DNA of 60,136 bases, counting the filler. It is 5 parts of 5 records of this genome, joined end to end, with 100 filler letters (N's around TTAATTAATTAA, not from the genome) between each part and the next. Parts side by side here need not be neighbours in the genome. Positions count along the whole stretch, not along the records: positions 18,533 to 32,134 come from DRR723986_13682; positions 32,235 to 39,936 come from DRR723986_13695; 3 more parts are not named here. One strand, 5' to 3'. Made by a program: the position numbers and the translations under genes. Of this stretch, positions 29,027 through 38,581 are shown one piece after another. Below the pieces are notes generated by a model that did no database searches, was not told the origin of the DNA, and saw nothing but the letters and a program-made list of their open reading frames with translations. Every line of letters starts with the position of its first letter. Within the stretch, counting starts at the first letter, position 1.

Positions 29027-29632
29027 ATGGCACAAAGTTCCCGGCGAGTTGTATCCCTGATATCGGCTGCGTTCCTGGCCTTGTGTGCATTTGCGTTTTC
29101 CAACCCGGCGTACTCCCAGAATTCCGGCAACGAGCCCATTCCGTCTGGACAGACCTACGACCAGGACGAAATCCTGCAGGCAGGCCACCAGTTCTTCGGC
29201 TCTGTTTCGGGTGGGCTAGCATCAGTCGTCGAGAAGGCCTTCTCCAGCTACGGCGAACCGAACGGTTACGTGCTCGGGGAAGAAGGCTCCGGAGCGCTCA
29301 TCGCCGGCGCCCGCTATGGCGAAGGCAACCTCTACACACGGAACGCCGGCACTCACAAGCTGTTCTGGCAAGGCCCGTCCGTAGGCTGGGACTTTGGCGC
29401 GGATGGTGCGCGGGTGATGATGCTGGTCTATAACCTGCCCACCGTGAACTCCCTCTACACCCGCTTTGCCGGTGTCAACGGATCGGCTTACCTGGTCGGC
29501 GGGGTCGGCATGACCGTGCTCTTGAACAACGAAATCGTGCTGGTGCCTGTGCGCGCCGGTGTCGGCGCCCGTCTCGGGCTGAACATGGGATACCTGAAGT
29601 TCACCGACAAGCCGACCTGGAACCCGTTCTGA
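29027..29632 (+). CDS. DUF1134 periplasmic protein (EipA-like)
   Basis: GEPNGYVLGEEGSGA...ARYGEG, FWQGPSVGWDFG, YLKFT..PTWNPF; located near chpT. Confidence 0.88.
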   Translation: MAQSSRRVVSLISAAFLALCAFAFSNPAYSQNSGNEPIPSGQTYDQDEILQAGHQFFGSVSGGLASVVEKAFSSYGEPNGYVLGEEGSGALIAGARYGEGNLYTRNAGTHKLFWQGPSVGWDFGADGARVMMLVYNLPTVNSLYTRFAGVNGSAYLVGGVGMTVLLNNEIVLVPVRAGVGARLGLNMGYLKFTDKPTWNPF

Positions 29633-29771
29633 TCGGACCGGAAAGGCGGCTGTCGCAACCTGGCGACGAAGACGGGTTGCATTCGTTCCACGCAGGACAC
29701 TTGGCGGCAGGGCGACTGTCGTCTAATGATGGAGTTGTGGGCGTTTTTTAGAACGTAACCGGGAGCCGGAC

Positions 29772-31082
29772 TTGATTGAAGCAGCGATGTATGTGGCGCT
29801 GGGGTTTTGCACCGCCGGCCTGATCGGACTGGCAATCCTGCCCGCATTTTACCGCCGGGCCGCCCGACTGACCGAAGAAGCCCTGCGCGCCGTCAATCCG
29901 ACCAGTTACGCCGAAGTCCGCGCTGCCCAGGATCAGGAACGCGCGCGCCATGCGGTAGAATTGCGCCGTGTCGAGAAGCGTCTCGACAACGAACGTGAGA
30001 AGGCTGCGAAGTTTCAGCTCGAAACCACGCGGATGCGGGCGGAAGTTGAAGCGCTGACGAAATCTCACAAGGAAACGATTTCCGGCCTGGAAGCCAAGGT
30101 CGCCGCCCAGGCAAGTGATCAGCATGCTGTAGACATGCTGTCGTCCGAAGTGACCTCCCTGAAAAAGAAGCTGTCGGAAGCCGAACGGGCTCTTGCGGAA
30201 AGCTGGACCAAGGCCCCCGAAGACACGCCTGCCGAGGCGAAGCCGGAAGAACCCGCAGAAGACGACAGCGGCTGGCTGCCGGCGTCCGGCACCATGGCAC
30301 TTGCCACAATCACCGGACTTGAAGCGGAAGTTGCCACTTTGAAGGCCAAGCTGGCCCGCTATGAGCCGACAGTTGCAGGCCAGATGGACGCTGCGCGCAG
30401 CGAAACCGCCAAGACAAGGCTCGCCGAACTGGAAGCCCAACTGGTCGACACGGAATCCAACTATGTGTCCGCACAGGCTGAAGTCACCCGTCTGTCGCTG
30501 ATGCTGGACGCAGCCAGGCTTCCGGAAAACGAGCGCCAGAAACATCTTGATGCCGAGCTGGAAAAGCTTTCCGGCGAAGCCGCCCGCTACCAGGCCGACG
30601 CTGCTGAAAAAGACCGTGCGCTTCAGCGGATCACCGCCCAGATGGCAAAGCTGCAGAACGACCTGTCCTCGGTTCCTGCTCTCGTGGATCTGCGCCGCGA
30701 TTTCCGCGCCCTTGCCGAAAAGCTGACCGGTCAGGCGTCTCCAGCCGTCAATGCTTCTGCCGCAGGCGCTCCCGCAAAGCCGGCACCGCCTTTCGTCCCG
30801 GTTTCTCTTCAGACCAAGGACAGCCCGCCGGAAGATCGCAACCGGCCTGAGGCATCCTCCAAGGAAAATCTGCAGGCAGACGCGGACCAGGGCACGACAC
30901 AAGCTCAATCAAGATCCGGCGATATCGCCAACGCGGCTGAAGCGCTGGTAAGCAGGATCGTTGCCTCCAGCCGGAACAAGCCCAAGCCGGAGACAGAAAC
31001 AACGCCGGCAAGCACCGGCGCCGCGCAAGACAGCGACCGGAAAACGAAAGCCACGAAACAAAAAAAGAAAGATGTGGCTTGA
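29772..31082 (+). CDS. Membrane-anchored coiled-coil protein
   Basis: TTG start with GGGAG upstream. N-terminal TM MIEAAMYVALGF...RRAARLT, then long heptad-rich helices and a disordered tail. Confidence 0.75.
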   Translation: MIEAAMYVALGFCTAGLIGLAILPAFYRRAARLTEEALRAVNPTSYAEVRAAQDQERARHAVELRRVEKRLDNEREKAAKFQLETTRMRAEVEALTKSHKETISGLEAKVAAQASDQHAVDMLSSEVTSLKKKLSEAERALAESWTKAPEDTPAEAKPEEPAEDDSGWLPASGTMALATITGLEAEVATLKAKLARYEPTVAGQMDAARSETAKTRLAELEAQLVDTESNYVSAQAEVTRLSLMLDAARLPENERQKHLDAELEKLSGEAARYQADAAEKDRALQRITAQMAKLQNDLSSVPALVDLRRDFRALAEKLTGQASPAVNASAAGAPAKPAPPFVPVSLQTKDSPPEDRNRPEASSKENLQADADQGTTQAQSRSGDIANAAEALVSRIVASSRNKPKPETETTPASTGAAQDSDRKTKATKQKKKDVA

Positions 31083-31120
31083 TCTGAGCAGGTCGCTCCG
31101 GTCATCTAGTCCGATGGACA

Positions 31121-31141
31121 TTCGTCCGAATATTGAACGAA
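31121..31141. promoter_or_regulatory. Candidate GlpR/DeoR operator
   Basis: TTCGTCCGAATATTGAACGAA is near-palindromic; the minus strand reads TTCG-N7-TTCG. Confidence 0.45.
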
Positions 31142-31230
31142 CCTGACGCGCTGTTGCTCCTCGCCCGCATTTCCGTTTGCAGATGCAGGAACGCAGCCAG
31201 CCCGTCATGCACAGGATGAGTCTGCCCTAC

Positions 31231-32013
31231 ATGTTGATCGAACGCCACAACGCCATTCTCGAACTCGCACGGCAGATGGGCCGCGTCAGCGTCGACGATC
31301 TCGCCCGGCGGTTTGATGTCAGCCCGCAGACGATCCGCAAGGACCTCAACGAGCTTTGCGACCGGCGCCTGCTGGCGCGCACTCATGGCGGGGCCCTGCT
31401 GTCGTCCGGCATCGAAAATGTCGGCTACGAGGCCCGCAGGATCATCTCCAGCAGGGAAAAGGCAGACATCGGCGAGAAGGTTGCCTCGCTCATTCCCGAC
31501 AACGCGTCCATCTTCATCAACATCGGCACCACCACGGAAGCCGTCGCACAGGCGCTGCTCCAGCATCGCGGCCTGATGGTGATCACCAACAACATCAACG
31601 TCGCCAGTCTGATGCGCGGCTATTCCCAGATAGAGGTGGTGATTGCCGGTGGCGTGTTGCGCCATTCCGACGGCGGCATTGTCGGCGAGGCCGCGGTGGA
31701 CTTCATGCGCCAGTTCAAGGTGGATTTCGCGGTCATCGGCGCTTCCGCGATCGATCCCGACGGCTCCCTGCTCGATTACGACTACCGGGAAGTGAAAGTC
31801 ACCAAGACCATCATGGACAACGCCAGGCACGTCATTCTGGCCGCCGACAGCACCAAGTTCGAGCGCACTGCACCGGTCCGTGTCGGACACCTGCGACAGG
31901 TCACTACTTTCGTGACGGATTATTGCCCCTCGCCAGACTTCGCGCAGATCGCGCAAGACGCGGAAGTCGAGCTGATCGAGACCGGCCAGCAGGAAGACAG
32001 CACTGCCGGCTGA
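31231..32013 (+). CDS. glpR: DeoR/GlpR family regulator (glycerol-3-phosphate repressor-like)
   Basis: VSPQTIRKDLNEL, RTHGGA, FINIGTTTE, LLDYDYREV, DSTKFERTAPVR. Confidence 0.8.
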   Translation: MLIERHNAILELARQMGRVSVDDLARRFDVSPQTIRKDLNELCDRRLLARTHGGALLSSGIENVGYEARRIISSREKADIGEKVASLIPDNASIFINIGTTTEAVAQALLQHRGLMVITNNINVASLMRGYSQIEVVIAGGVLRHSDGGIVGEAAVDFMRQFKVDFAVIGASAIDPDGSLLDYDYREVKVTKTIMDNARHVILAADSTKFERTAPVRVGHLRQVTTFVTDYCPSPDFAQIAQDAEVELIETGQQEDSTAG

Positions 32014-32104
32014 TCGAACACACCACTCCGTGTAACCGGTGCACAAACGGGTGGAGAACCCTGTGCGCAGGATGTGGATATGCTGTTTGTGCCTTGGGGA
32101 AAAA

Positions 32105-32134
32105 TGGCACGCCCAACGGGACTCGAACCCGTGT
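32105..32134 (-). tRNA. 3' end of a tRNA (probably tRNA-Glu), truncated by the contig end
   Basis: Minus strand ACACGGGTTCGAGTCCCGTTGGGCGTGCCA: T-arm plus acceptor strand plus CCA. The anticodon is not visible, so the identity is recalled rather than shown. Confidence 0.85.
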
Positions 32135-32234
32135 NNNNNNNNNNNNNNNNNNNNNNNNNNNNNNNNNNNNNNNNNNNNTTAATTAATTAANNNNNNNNNN
32201 NNNNNNNNNNNNNNNNNNNNNNNNNNNNNNNNNN
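32135..32234. other. Artificial contig spacer
   Basis: N-run with TTAATTAATTAA. Confidence 0.99.
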
Positions 32235-32801
32235 ATAGCCCCAGGCCACCGCATCATGGCGCGCCGTGCCGCCACGGGCGTGATAGAGCCCGCCAAAGAT
32301 GGGAAAGCGCACATTGTCGAAATCCAAAAAAGGCACCATGCGGCGCACTGCCTCGCGGTCCAGCAATTGCGCGTCATCGCCTTGGTTGATCATCGAATTT
32401 GCCCGGCGGGCGGCATAATCGCGCTGCCCATCGGAATGAAACAGGTTCAACACCCCACGCTGCGACATCATCACATTGTAGTTCAGGTCTTGCTCTAGCC
32501 CTTCCCATAGTTTCAGGGAATGCGAGTAAAATTCCGAGTTGCCCGGCAGGTTGTAATTGGCGCGCACGATAGTTGTGTTACGCCCCACGTTGCCACCCCC
32601 GATATAGCCCTTTTCCAGCACCGCGATATTGCGCAGCCCGTGTTCCTTGGCCAGGTAATAGGCGGTCGACAGCCCATGCCCGCCGCCACCGATGATCACG
32701 ATATCATATTCGGCCTTTGGTTCGGGGTCGCGCCAATGCGGGCGCCAGCCCTTATTTCCGGTCAGTCCTTCTTTAAGGATGCGAAATCCTGAAAAGCGCA
32801 T
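32235..32801 (-). CDS. soxB: Sarcosine oxidase beta-subunit family protein (5' part)
   Basis: IIGGGGHGLSTAYYLA, GGGNVGRNTTIVRANY, GGTARHDAVAWGY. Confidence 0.93.
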
Positions 32802-32964
32802 GCTGGTCTCCGTTTGCCTGTCCGGACTGAAACAACTCAGCCCCCGTGGTGCAATGGTGAAGTTTGCCTTGCACAGAGGTTTTCGACACAAAATCGCCAA
32901 CCCGCGACTGTCTTTGTCGTGAACATGCCCCAGGGTGGGGAAAATCACCTCAAAGCTGGGGCGT

Positions 32965-32980
32965 GTTAAGGAATGGTTCA
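32965..32980. promoter_or_regulatory. Candidate CtrA box upstream of the tad genes
   Basis: GTTAA-GGAATGG-TTCA (one mismatch to TTAA-N7-TTAA). Confidence 0.5.
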
Positions 32981-33232
32981 TAACTGTGGCAGCACCCAAT
33001 GCTGCCCTACTGTGCATTGGGGGCGATTTTGGCGCATCTGGGTGCCGCTTTCGGGGACATTGTTTCCCAGATCACAGATAACCCGCCACGTCCGGGTAAA
33101 CTGCCCAAAACATGGCAACAATTGGCACCTTTTTCACTCAAAACCTGCCTTATTTCAGCCATAACCGCCCCCCATAACCGTTCGAGACACATTGATCCTT
33201 TTGGATAGGAATCGACGCTGGGGACCGTTCGT

Positions 33233-34666
33233 ATGACATTGCATCAAGATCACCTTTCGCCTGCATCAGGCGCGGCAGCACAGCATCTTCGGCCAGCTTG
33301 GTCGTGGCTGGCGCGGTTTGCGCGCGCTGAAGACGGCACAATATTGCCCTTTGCCATCCCGCTGGTGGTGGCTGTGGAGGCGATCTCGTATATCGGCGTT
33401 GATTTGATGCGTCACGAGCTTTACCGCACCAAGCTGCAGGCAACGCTGGATCGCGCGGCATTGGCGGCAGCCGATACCGCCCGCGTGCAAACGCCACGCG
33501 AAACGGTCGATGCCTATCTGGCGCAGGCCGGTGTGGCCGCAACGCTGGCGCCCTTTGCTGCACAAACCACGCAAAATGCGCGCTCGGTTGCAACCGGCGC
33601 CAACCTGGCCCTGCCGCAAGGCGCGGGCCGGGTGGTGCCGGCGCTTGGCACTGCGCGGGCCACAACAAGTGTGGCCGAAACCGTGGGCAACCTGGAAATT
33701 TCGCTGGTGCTGGATATTTCGCGCAACATGGCCACCGGCACGCGCATGCAAAACCTGCGCAGCGCGGCGGATGCGTTTATCAACACCGTTCTGCCCACCG
33801 ATGGCAACAGCCAGGTCTCGGTCAGCCTTGTGCCCTATTCCGAACAGGTCAACATTGGCTGGCCACTGTTCAGCCAGCTCAGCACGAACTGGGTGCATAA
33901 CTATTCGTATTGCGTGGAAATGCCCGCAGCCGAATACCGCACCGCCACGCTGACGCAGGCCTTTACCTACCCACAGGTGCAGCATTTCCAATGGGATTAT
34001 GACGGGTTCAGCAACACCCGCACCAACACCGTGTGCCCGCGCTATTCCTACGAGGCGATCAGCCCGCTCAGCAATGATGGCACCGCGCTTAAGGCACAGG
34101 TGGCGCAATTGCAGCCGCGCGCCGGCGTGTCGGTGTTTGCCGGGGTCAAATGGGGCACAACGCTGCTGGATAGCGGCAGCACCAACCTGGTGAATGGCCT
34201 GGCCACACAAGGCACAACCCCCGAGGCGTTTCGCGGCCGCCCGGCGCTGGGCACCGATACCAACACCCACAAATCACTGGTGGTCGTGGCCAGCGGCACC
34301 AATACCGACAGCTACCGTATCAACCCCAGCCTTTATGCCAACCAAAGCCATTACGCGCATTGGAACGCCTATAACTTTTGGTACTACGTCTCTAACTACG
34401 TGCCCGTGTCGCAGCGCAACAACTGGTGGCGCTTTTATTACCCGGGCAACGCCGGCGACCAGATGACACGCGACATCTGCGCAAGCGCCAAGGCGGCCGG
34501 CATTATCATCTGGGCGGTCAGCTTTGAAGGCGACGCCGCCACCGACAGCTTGATGCGCGATTGTGCCTCAAGCCCCAATCACAGCTTTGCAGTGGCAGGC
34601 AGCCAGCTCACCGGCGCCCTAAGCAGCATCGCACGCTCCATCACCAATCAAAGGCTTTCGCAATGA
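33233..34666 (+). CDS. TadG-like Flp pilus protein with vWA-like domain
   Basis: FARAEDG prepilin-like site, KLQATLDRAALAAA, LEISLVLDIS, ICASAKAAGIIIWAV, MRDCASS. Confidence 0.85.
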   Translation: MTLHQDHLSPASGAAAQHLRPAWSWLARFARAEDGTILPFAIPLVVAVEAISYIGVDLMRHELYRTKLQATLDRAALAAADTARVQTPRETVDAYLAQAGVAATLAPFAAQTTQNARSVATGANLALPQGAGRVVPALGTARATTSVAETVGNLEISLVLDISRNMATGTRMQNLRSAADAFINTVLPTDGNSQVSVSLVPYSEQVNIGWPLFSQLSTNWVHNYSYCVEMPAAEYRTATLTQAFTYPQVQHFQWDYDGFSNTRTNTVCPRYSYEAISPLSNDGTALKAQVAQLQPRAGVSVFAGVKWGTTLLDSGSTNLVNGLATQGTTPEAFRGRPALGTDTNTHKSLVVVASGTNTDSYRINPSLYANQSHYAHWNAYNFWYYVSNYVPVSQRNNWWRFYYPGNAGDQMTRDICASAKAAGIIIWAVSFEGDAATDSLMRDCASSPNHSFAVAGSQLTGALSSIARSITNQRLSQ

Positions 34667-35193
34667 TCGCATCCTTTCTGCATAAGCTGCGCCGCCTTGC
34701 CGCCGACCAATCAGGCAATGCCACGGTCGAATTTGTCATCTGGTTTCCCATCTATCTGTTTCTGCTGGTGGCAGGGCTGGAAATGGGCAGCGCCAGCTGG
34801 CGCAACGCGGCGCTGGAAACCGCGCTTGACCGCACCACCCGCGAATTGCGCCTGCCCAGCAGCACCCCGATGCAACACGCCGAAATCAAGGCCGCGATTT
34901 GTGATAAAACGGTTTTGATCAGCAATTGCGCCGAAAACCTGCGCCTGGAAATGGTGGTGCTGGATCCCAATAACTGGGTCGATCCAGCCGCCCCCAGCTG
35001 CACCGACACAATCGCCCCCGTGACGCCCTTGCACAGGTTCACCAATGGCGTGTCAGAGCGGGTGGTTTTGCTGCGCGCCTGCGCCCAATACCGCCCCTAT
35101 CTGCCGCTTAGCAGCTTTGGCCAGGCCATGACCGATGGCAACGATGGCTGGGCGCGCGTGACCGCAACATCCGCCTATGTGCAAGCACAGTGA
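34663..35193 (+). CDS. TadE-family pseudopilin
   Basis: DQSGNATVEFVI (G/xxxxEF) plus TM helix. Confidence 0.88.
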   Translation: MIASFLHKLRRLAADQSGNATVEFVIWFPIYLFLLVAGLEMGSASWRNAALETALDRTTRELRLPSSTPMQHAEIKAAICDKTVLISNCAENLRLEMVVLDPNNWVDPAAPSCTDTIAPVTPLHRFTNGVSERVVLLRACAQYRPYLPLSSFGQAMTDGNDGWARVTATSAYVQAQ

Positions 35194-35202
35194 GGTAAGC
35201 CC

Positions 35203-35775
35203 ATGTTCAAAAAACTAAAACGCGCCCTTGCCCGGTTTCAACGCGACGAGCGGGGCAGCATCACCATCGAAAGCGTGATTGGCCTGCCCGTCATTATGCT
35301 GGGCGTTGTGGGGGGCTATGGGGTGTTTGATATGCACCGCGAGGCCAGCCTGAACCTGAAAGCCACGGAAATTGTGGGCGATATCTTGTCGCGCGAAACC
35401 GGGGCGATCACGCCTGCCTATCTGGCCGCAATGCACAGCACGTTCAACTTGCTGGCCCGGGCCGAACCCGGCAGCGCCTTGCGCGTGTCGGTGTTGCGCT
35501 GGGATGCGCAAGCCTCACAATTCGTGGCCGAATGGTCGCGCAGCACCAGCGCAGAAACCGGCGCAATCAGCGCCGAGCATCTGGCCACGCTGGCCACCAG
35601 CCTGCCCGCACAGCCCAATTACGGGCGCATTATCTACGTGGAAACCTGGGCGCCCTTTACCCCCTCGATCCGGGTGATGGCGCAGGGGGTTGCAGGGGTG
35701 AATGGCGGCACGATCCACAATGCCACATTTTTCACGCCCCGCTTTACCCCGCAGCTGCAATGGGCTGGCGGCTAG
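35203..35775 (+). CDS. TadE/TadF-family pseudopilin
   Basis: FQRDERGSITIESVI, DILSRE, FFTPRF. Confidence 0.85.
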   Translation: MFKKLKRALARFQRDERGSITIESVIGLPVIMLGVVGGYGVFDMHREASLNLKATEIVGDILSRETGAITPAYLAAMHSTFNLLARAEPGSALRVSVLRWDAQASQFVAEWSRSTSAETGAISAEHLATLATSLPAQPNYGRIIYVETWAPFTPSIRVMAQGVAGVNGGTIHNATFFTPRFTPQLQWAGG

Positions 35776-36248
35776 GCGCCACGCTCGGCGATCAAATGTT
35801 CCAGCACCTCGGCCATGTATTTGGCCTGGGTGCCCGGGATCACACCGCCCACCCCAAGCTGGCGGCCAAAGCGCCACCAAATGCCCGGCATCCATGCCGC
35901 ATCATGCGCGCGCGCCAGCGTCAGCTTGAAGCCGTTTGATGGCTTAAAGGCAAAAACCCCGCGATGCACCCGCACGATCTGCTCGACCTCGGCCAGCACC
36001 CGCCCGCGGCTATCGCGCAGGGCGTGGCGCGTCAGCTCTAGCCCATGGGCCGTGGCGCGCCGCATCACATCGCCCAAAGCCACCGCTGCAAGCCCCGCCA
36101 AGGCCAAAAGCGCCCGCGCCCAGCCCTGCTGTGCCGGGCCAGACAGGGCCAGCCAAATCAGCGCCGCACCCAAGAGGCCCAGCATACCCACACCCAGCCA
36201 ACGCCGAATGGGCGAGGCATGCAGCCGCGCCAAAACATTGTCATCCAT
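35772..36248 (-). CDS. Conserved hypothetical membrane protein
   Basis: Two TM helices; RGVFAFKPSNGF and PGIWWRFGRQLGVGGV. Confidence 0.7.
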   Translation of the reverse strand: MDDNVLARLHASPIRRWLGVGMLGLLGAALIWLALSGPAQQGWARALLALAGLAAVALGDVMRRATAHGLELTRHALRDSRGRVLAEVEQIVRVHRGVFAFKPSNGFKLTLARAHDAAWMPGIWWRFGRQLGVGGVIPGTQAKYMAEVLEHLIAERGA

Positions 36249-36312
36249 TTTGCGCCCTCATATCACCGCTGGGGCTGATGTGCCCCAGCGCAGGGCCCAG
36301 GTCAATCGCTGC

Positions 36313-37263
36313 TCACGCCCGGCCCAAACCGCGGCCCACTTCGTAGCCGCGCTCTTCGGGTTCGTCATCCACCAGCTCTTGGGGGAAACCATCGGCCAGA
36401 ATTTGCAACCCTGTCGCCTCTTCCAGCCGCTCGATGATGCGATCAGATTGCGCCCGATCGCCATAGCGCGCCTGCCCGTCTTTCATGATGCGGATAATCT
36501 CGGGCGAAATTTCCAGCGGCACGCCATTTTCTTCGGCGATGCGCTGGAACAGGCCGATATCTTTCAGCACCAGATCCATGGTGAAATCCACATCGCGCGA
36601 GCCAGACAAGATCAGCTGGCTTTCGGTTTCATGCACAAATGACGTGCCCGAGCTGATGCGAATAGCCTCATAGGTGGTGGCCATATCCATACCCGCCGCC
36701 TTCATCGTGACCAGCGCCTCGCAGCAGGTCAGCAAATTGGCGGTGGCCAGATAGTTGGTCATCACTTTCAAGGTCGATGCCGTGCCCACATCGCCCGTAT
36801 GCAGCACGCGCCGGCCCATGATGGTCAGCAGCGGCAAAACCTGCTCGAATGTGGGGCGGTCGCAGGCGGCAAAGATGCTGATATTGCCCGTGCCCGCCCG
36901 GTGGCAGCCCCCCGACACCGGGCAATCCACCGCCCGCCCGCCTGCCGCGGCCACGGCCTGTGCCTGCGCCACGATTTGCGTGGCGTCGGTTGTTGACATT
37001 TCCATCCATGTCTTGCCCGCGATATGGGGCATCATTTCATCCAGCACAGCCGCGCTGGCCGCCGGGCTGGGCAGGCTGGTGATCACCACATCGCAATATT
37101 GCATCACCTCAGCAGCCGATCCACCATCGCGCGCGCCGCGCTGCACAAACTCCTGCACCCGTGCGCCATCCAGATCAAACACGCTTAAGGAAATGCCATT
37201 GCGCAGCAGGCTGCCCGCCAATTTGCCGCCCACAGCGCCCAGACCGATAAATCCTACGTTCAT
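36313..37263 (-). CDS. NAD(P)-dependent oxidoreductase, 3-hydroxyisobutyrate dehydrogenase family
   Basis: GFIGLGAVGG, EMST, DCPVSGG, LKVMTN, KDIGL; GGAGG RBS. Confidence 0.88.
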   Translation of the reverse strand: MNVGFIGLGAVGGKLAGSLLRNGISLSVFDLDGARVQEFVQRGARDGGSAAEVMQYCDVVITSLPSPAASAAVLDEMMPHIAGKTWMEMSTTDATQIVAQAQAVAAAGGRAVDCPVSGGCHRAGTGNISIFAACDRPTFEQVLPLLTIMGRRVLHTGDVGTASTLKVMTNYLATANLLTCCEALVTMKAAGMDMATTYEAIRISSGTSFVHETESQLILSGSRDVDFTMDLVLKDIGLFQRIAEENGVPLEISPEIIRIMKDGQARYGDRAQSDRIIERLEEATGLQILADGFPQELVDDEPEERGYEVGRGLGRA

Positions 37264-37368
37264 AAATTCCCCTCCTTTGGTTGCGCCCAATCCAACGCCG
37301 CCATTGCGACATGTCGCCTCTGTTTGCGACCCATAGACAGGATTACGCGCAAGAAATAGTGTCAGCCC

Positions 37369-38577
37369 ATGACACAGCCCCACCACCCCGGCCAGCCCGG
37401 CCAGCCCAGCGATGCCGACGCCGGCATTCATACCAACGCCGATTTTGCCCCCTTCGTGCAGCGCAACGATATTTTCAGCCGCGCCATGTGGGATGAAACC
37501 CTGCGCAGCGCCCAAACCGATGGGTTTTTCGCCTCGTATCGGATCGAGGCCGCCCCAAGGCGTGGCGAGGGGTTTCAGCACCGCGATTTTGCCCTGCGCA
37601 ACGCCGCCTGGCTGCTGGCCGATATCGTGGCCAACCGGCGCGCCAGCGATGGCCTGCGCGAGGGGTTTCAGGCGCCGATCCAGCCCGATACCCCGGTTTC
37701 CCCACAGGCCATAGCCGTTGAAAGCCCCGCAGATATGGCCCGCGAAATCAAACAGGTGGCGCGGTTTTTTGGCGCCGATCTATGCGGCATCACCGCCTTT
37801 GATCCGCGCTGGCAGTACGCCAGCCGGGTTGACACGCGCACCCTGCAAGAGGCGCCAAACACCCTGCCACCGGGGCTGGACCATGTGATCGTTCTGGGCC
37901 ATGCGATGGATGGCGCGCTGGTTGATACCTACCCTTCCGCGCTGGCGGGTGCTGCGACGGGCCGCGCCTATAGCCACGAGGCGGCGGTGGTCATGCAGCT
38001 GGCGGCCTATATTCGCAACCTGGGCTATCAGGCCGTGGCCTCGATGAACGACACGGGCCTGGCCATTCCCTATGCGCTGCAGGCGGGTTTGGGGGAATAT
38101 GGGCGCAACCAGATGGTGATCACCCCCGAATTTGGCCCGCGGCTGCGCTTTTCCAAGATCTACACCAACCTGCCGCTGGCCCATGACCGGCCCCGCCCCC
38201 AGGGCGTGACGCAGTTTTGCGATATTTGCACCAAATGCGCCGATGCCTGCCCGGTCAAGGCGCTGCCCTATGGCCCGCCCAGTTTCGAGGCGCCCAATAT
38301 CTCGGCCATTCGGGGGGTAAAGAAATGGACATCAGACGCCGAGAAATGTTTTGGGTTTTGGGCCAAAATGGCCTCGGATTGCGCCATATGCATGCGTGTG
38401 TGCCCCTTTAACCGCGATTTTTCGAAACTGCGCCACCGGCTGTGGCGGCGCCTGGCGCTGTCGCCGCTGCGCCGGTTTGCGCTGTGGCTTGACAAGGGGC
38501 GCGGCGGGCGGCGCAAGCCGGGGCAATGGTGGGCGCCAAAGAGCGCTGGACAAACCGAAAAACCCCACGCCAAATAG
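37369..38577 (+). CDS. Reductive dehalogenase-like cobalamin/[4Fe-4S] protein lacking a Tat signal
   Basis: IKQVARFFGADLCGI, YIRNLGYQA, AGLGEYGR...PEFGPRLR, CDICTKCADACP, C..FW....SDCAICMRVCPF. Confidence 0.82.
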   Translation: MTQPHHPGQPGQPSDADAGIHTNADFAPFVQRNDIFSRAMWDETLRSAQTDGFFASYRIEAAPRRGEGFQHRDFALRNAAWLLADIVANRRASDGLREGFQAPIQPDTPVSPQAIAVESPADMAREIKQVARFFGADLCGITAFDPRWQYASRVDTRTLQEAPNTLPPGLDHVIVLGHAMDGALVDTYPSALAGAATGRAYSHEAAVVMQLAAYIRNLGYQAVASMNDTGLAIPYALQAGLGEYGRNQMVITPEFGPRLRFSKIYTNLPLAHDRPRPQGVTQFCDICTKCADACPVKALPYGPPSFEAPNISAIRGVKKWTSDAEKCFGFWAKMASDCAICMRVCPFNRDFSKLRHRLWRRLALSPLRRFALWLDKGRGGRRKPGQWWAPKSAGQTEKPHAK

Positions 38578-38581
38578 GCCT

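Noticed and set aside
32105-32134. tRNA fragment as an island attachment site
   Set aside because: The truncation coincides with the contig end, so a full tRNA cannot be distinguished from an att duplicate.
37369-38577. Call as epoxyqueuosine reductase QueG
   Set aside because: The motifs (FFGADLCGI, YIRNLGY, C..FW...CAICMRVCP) fit the RdhA type better; QueG-type YA.G.DYH and GCD.CQ motifs were not seen.
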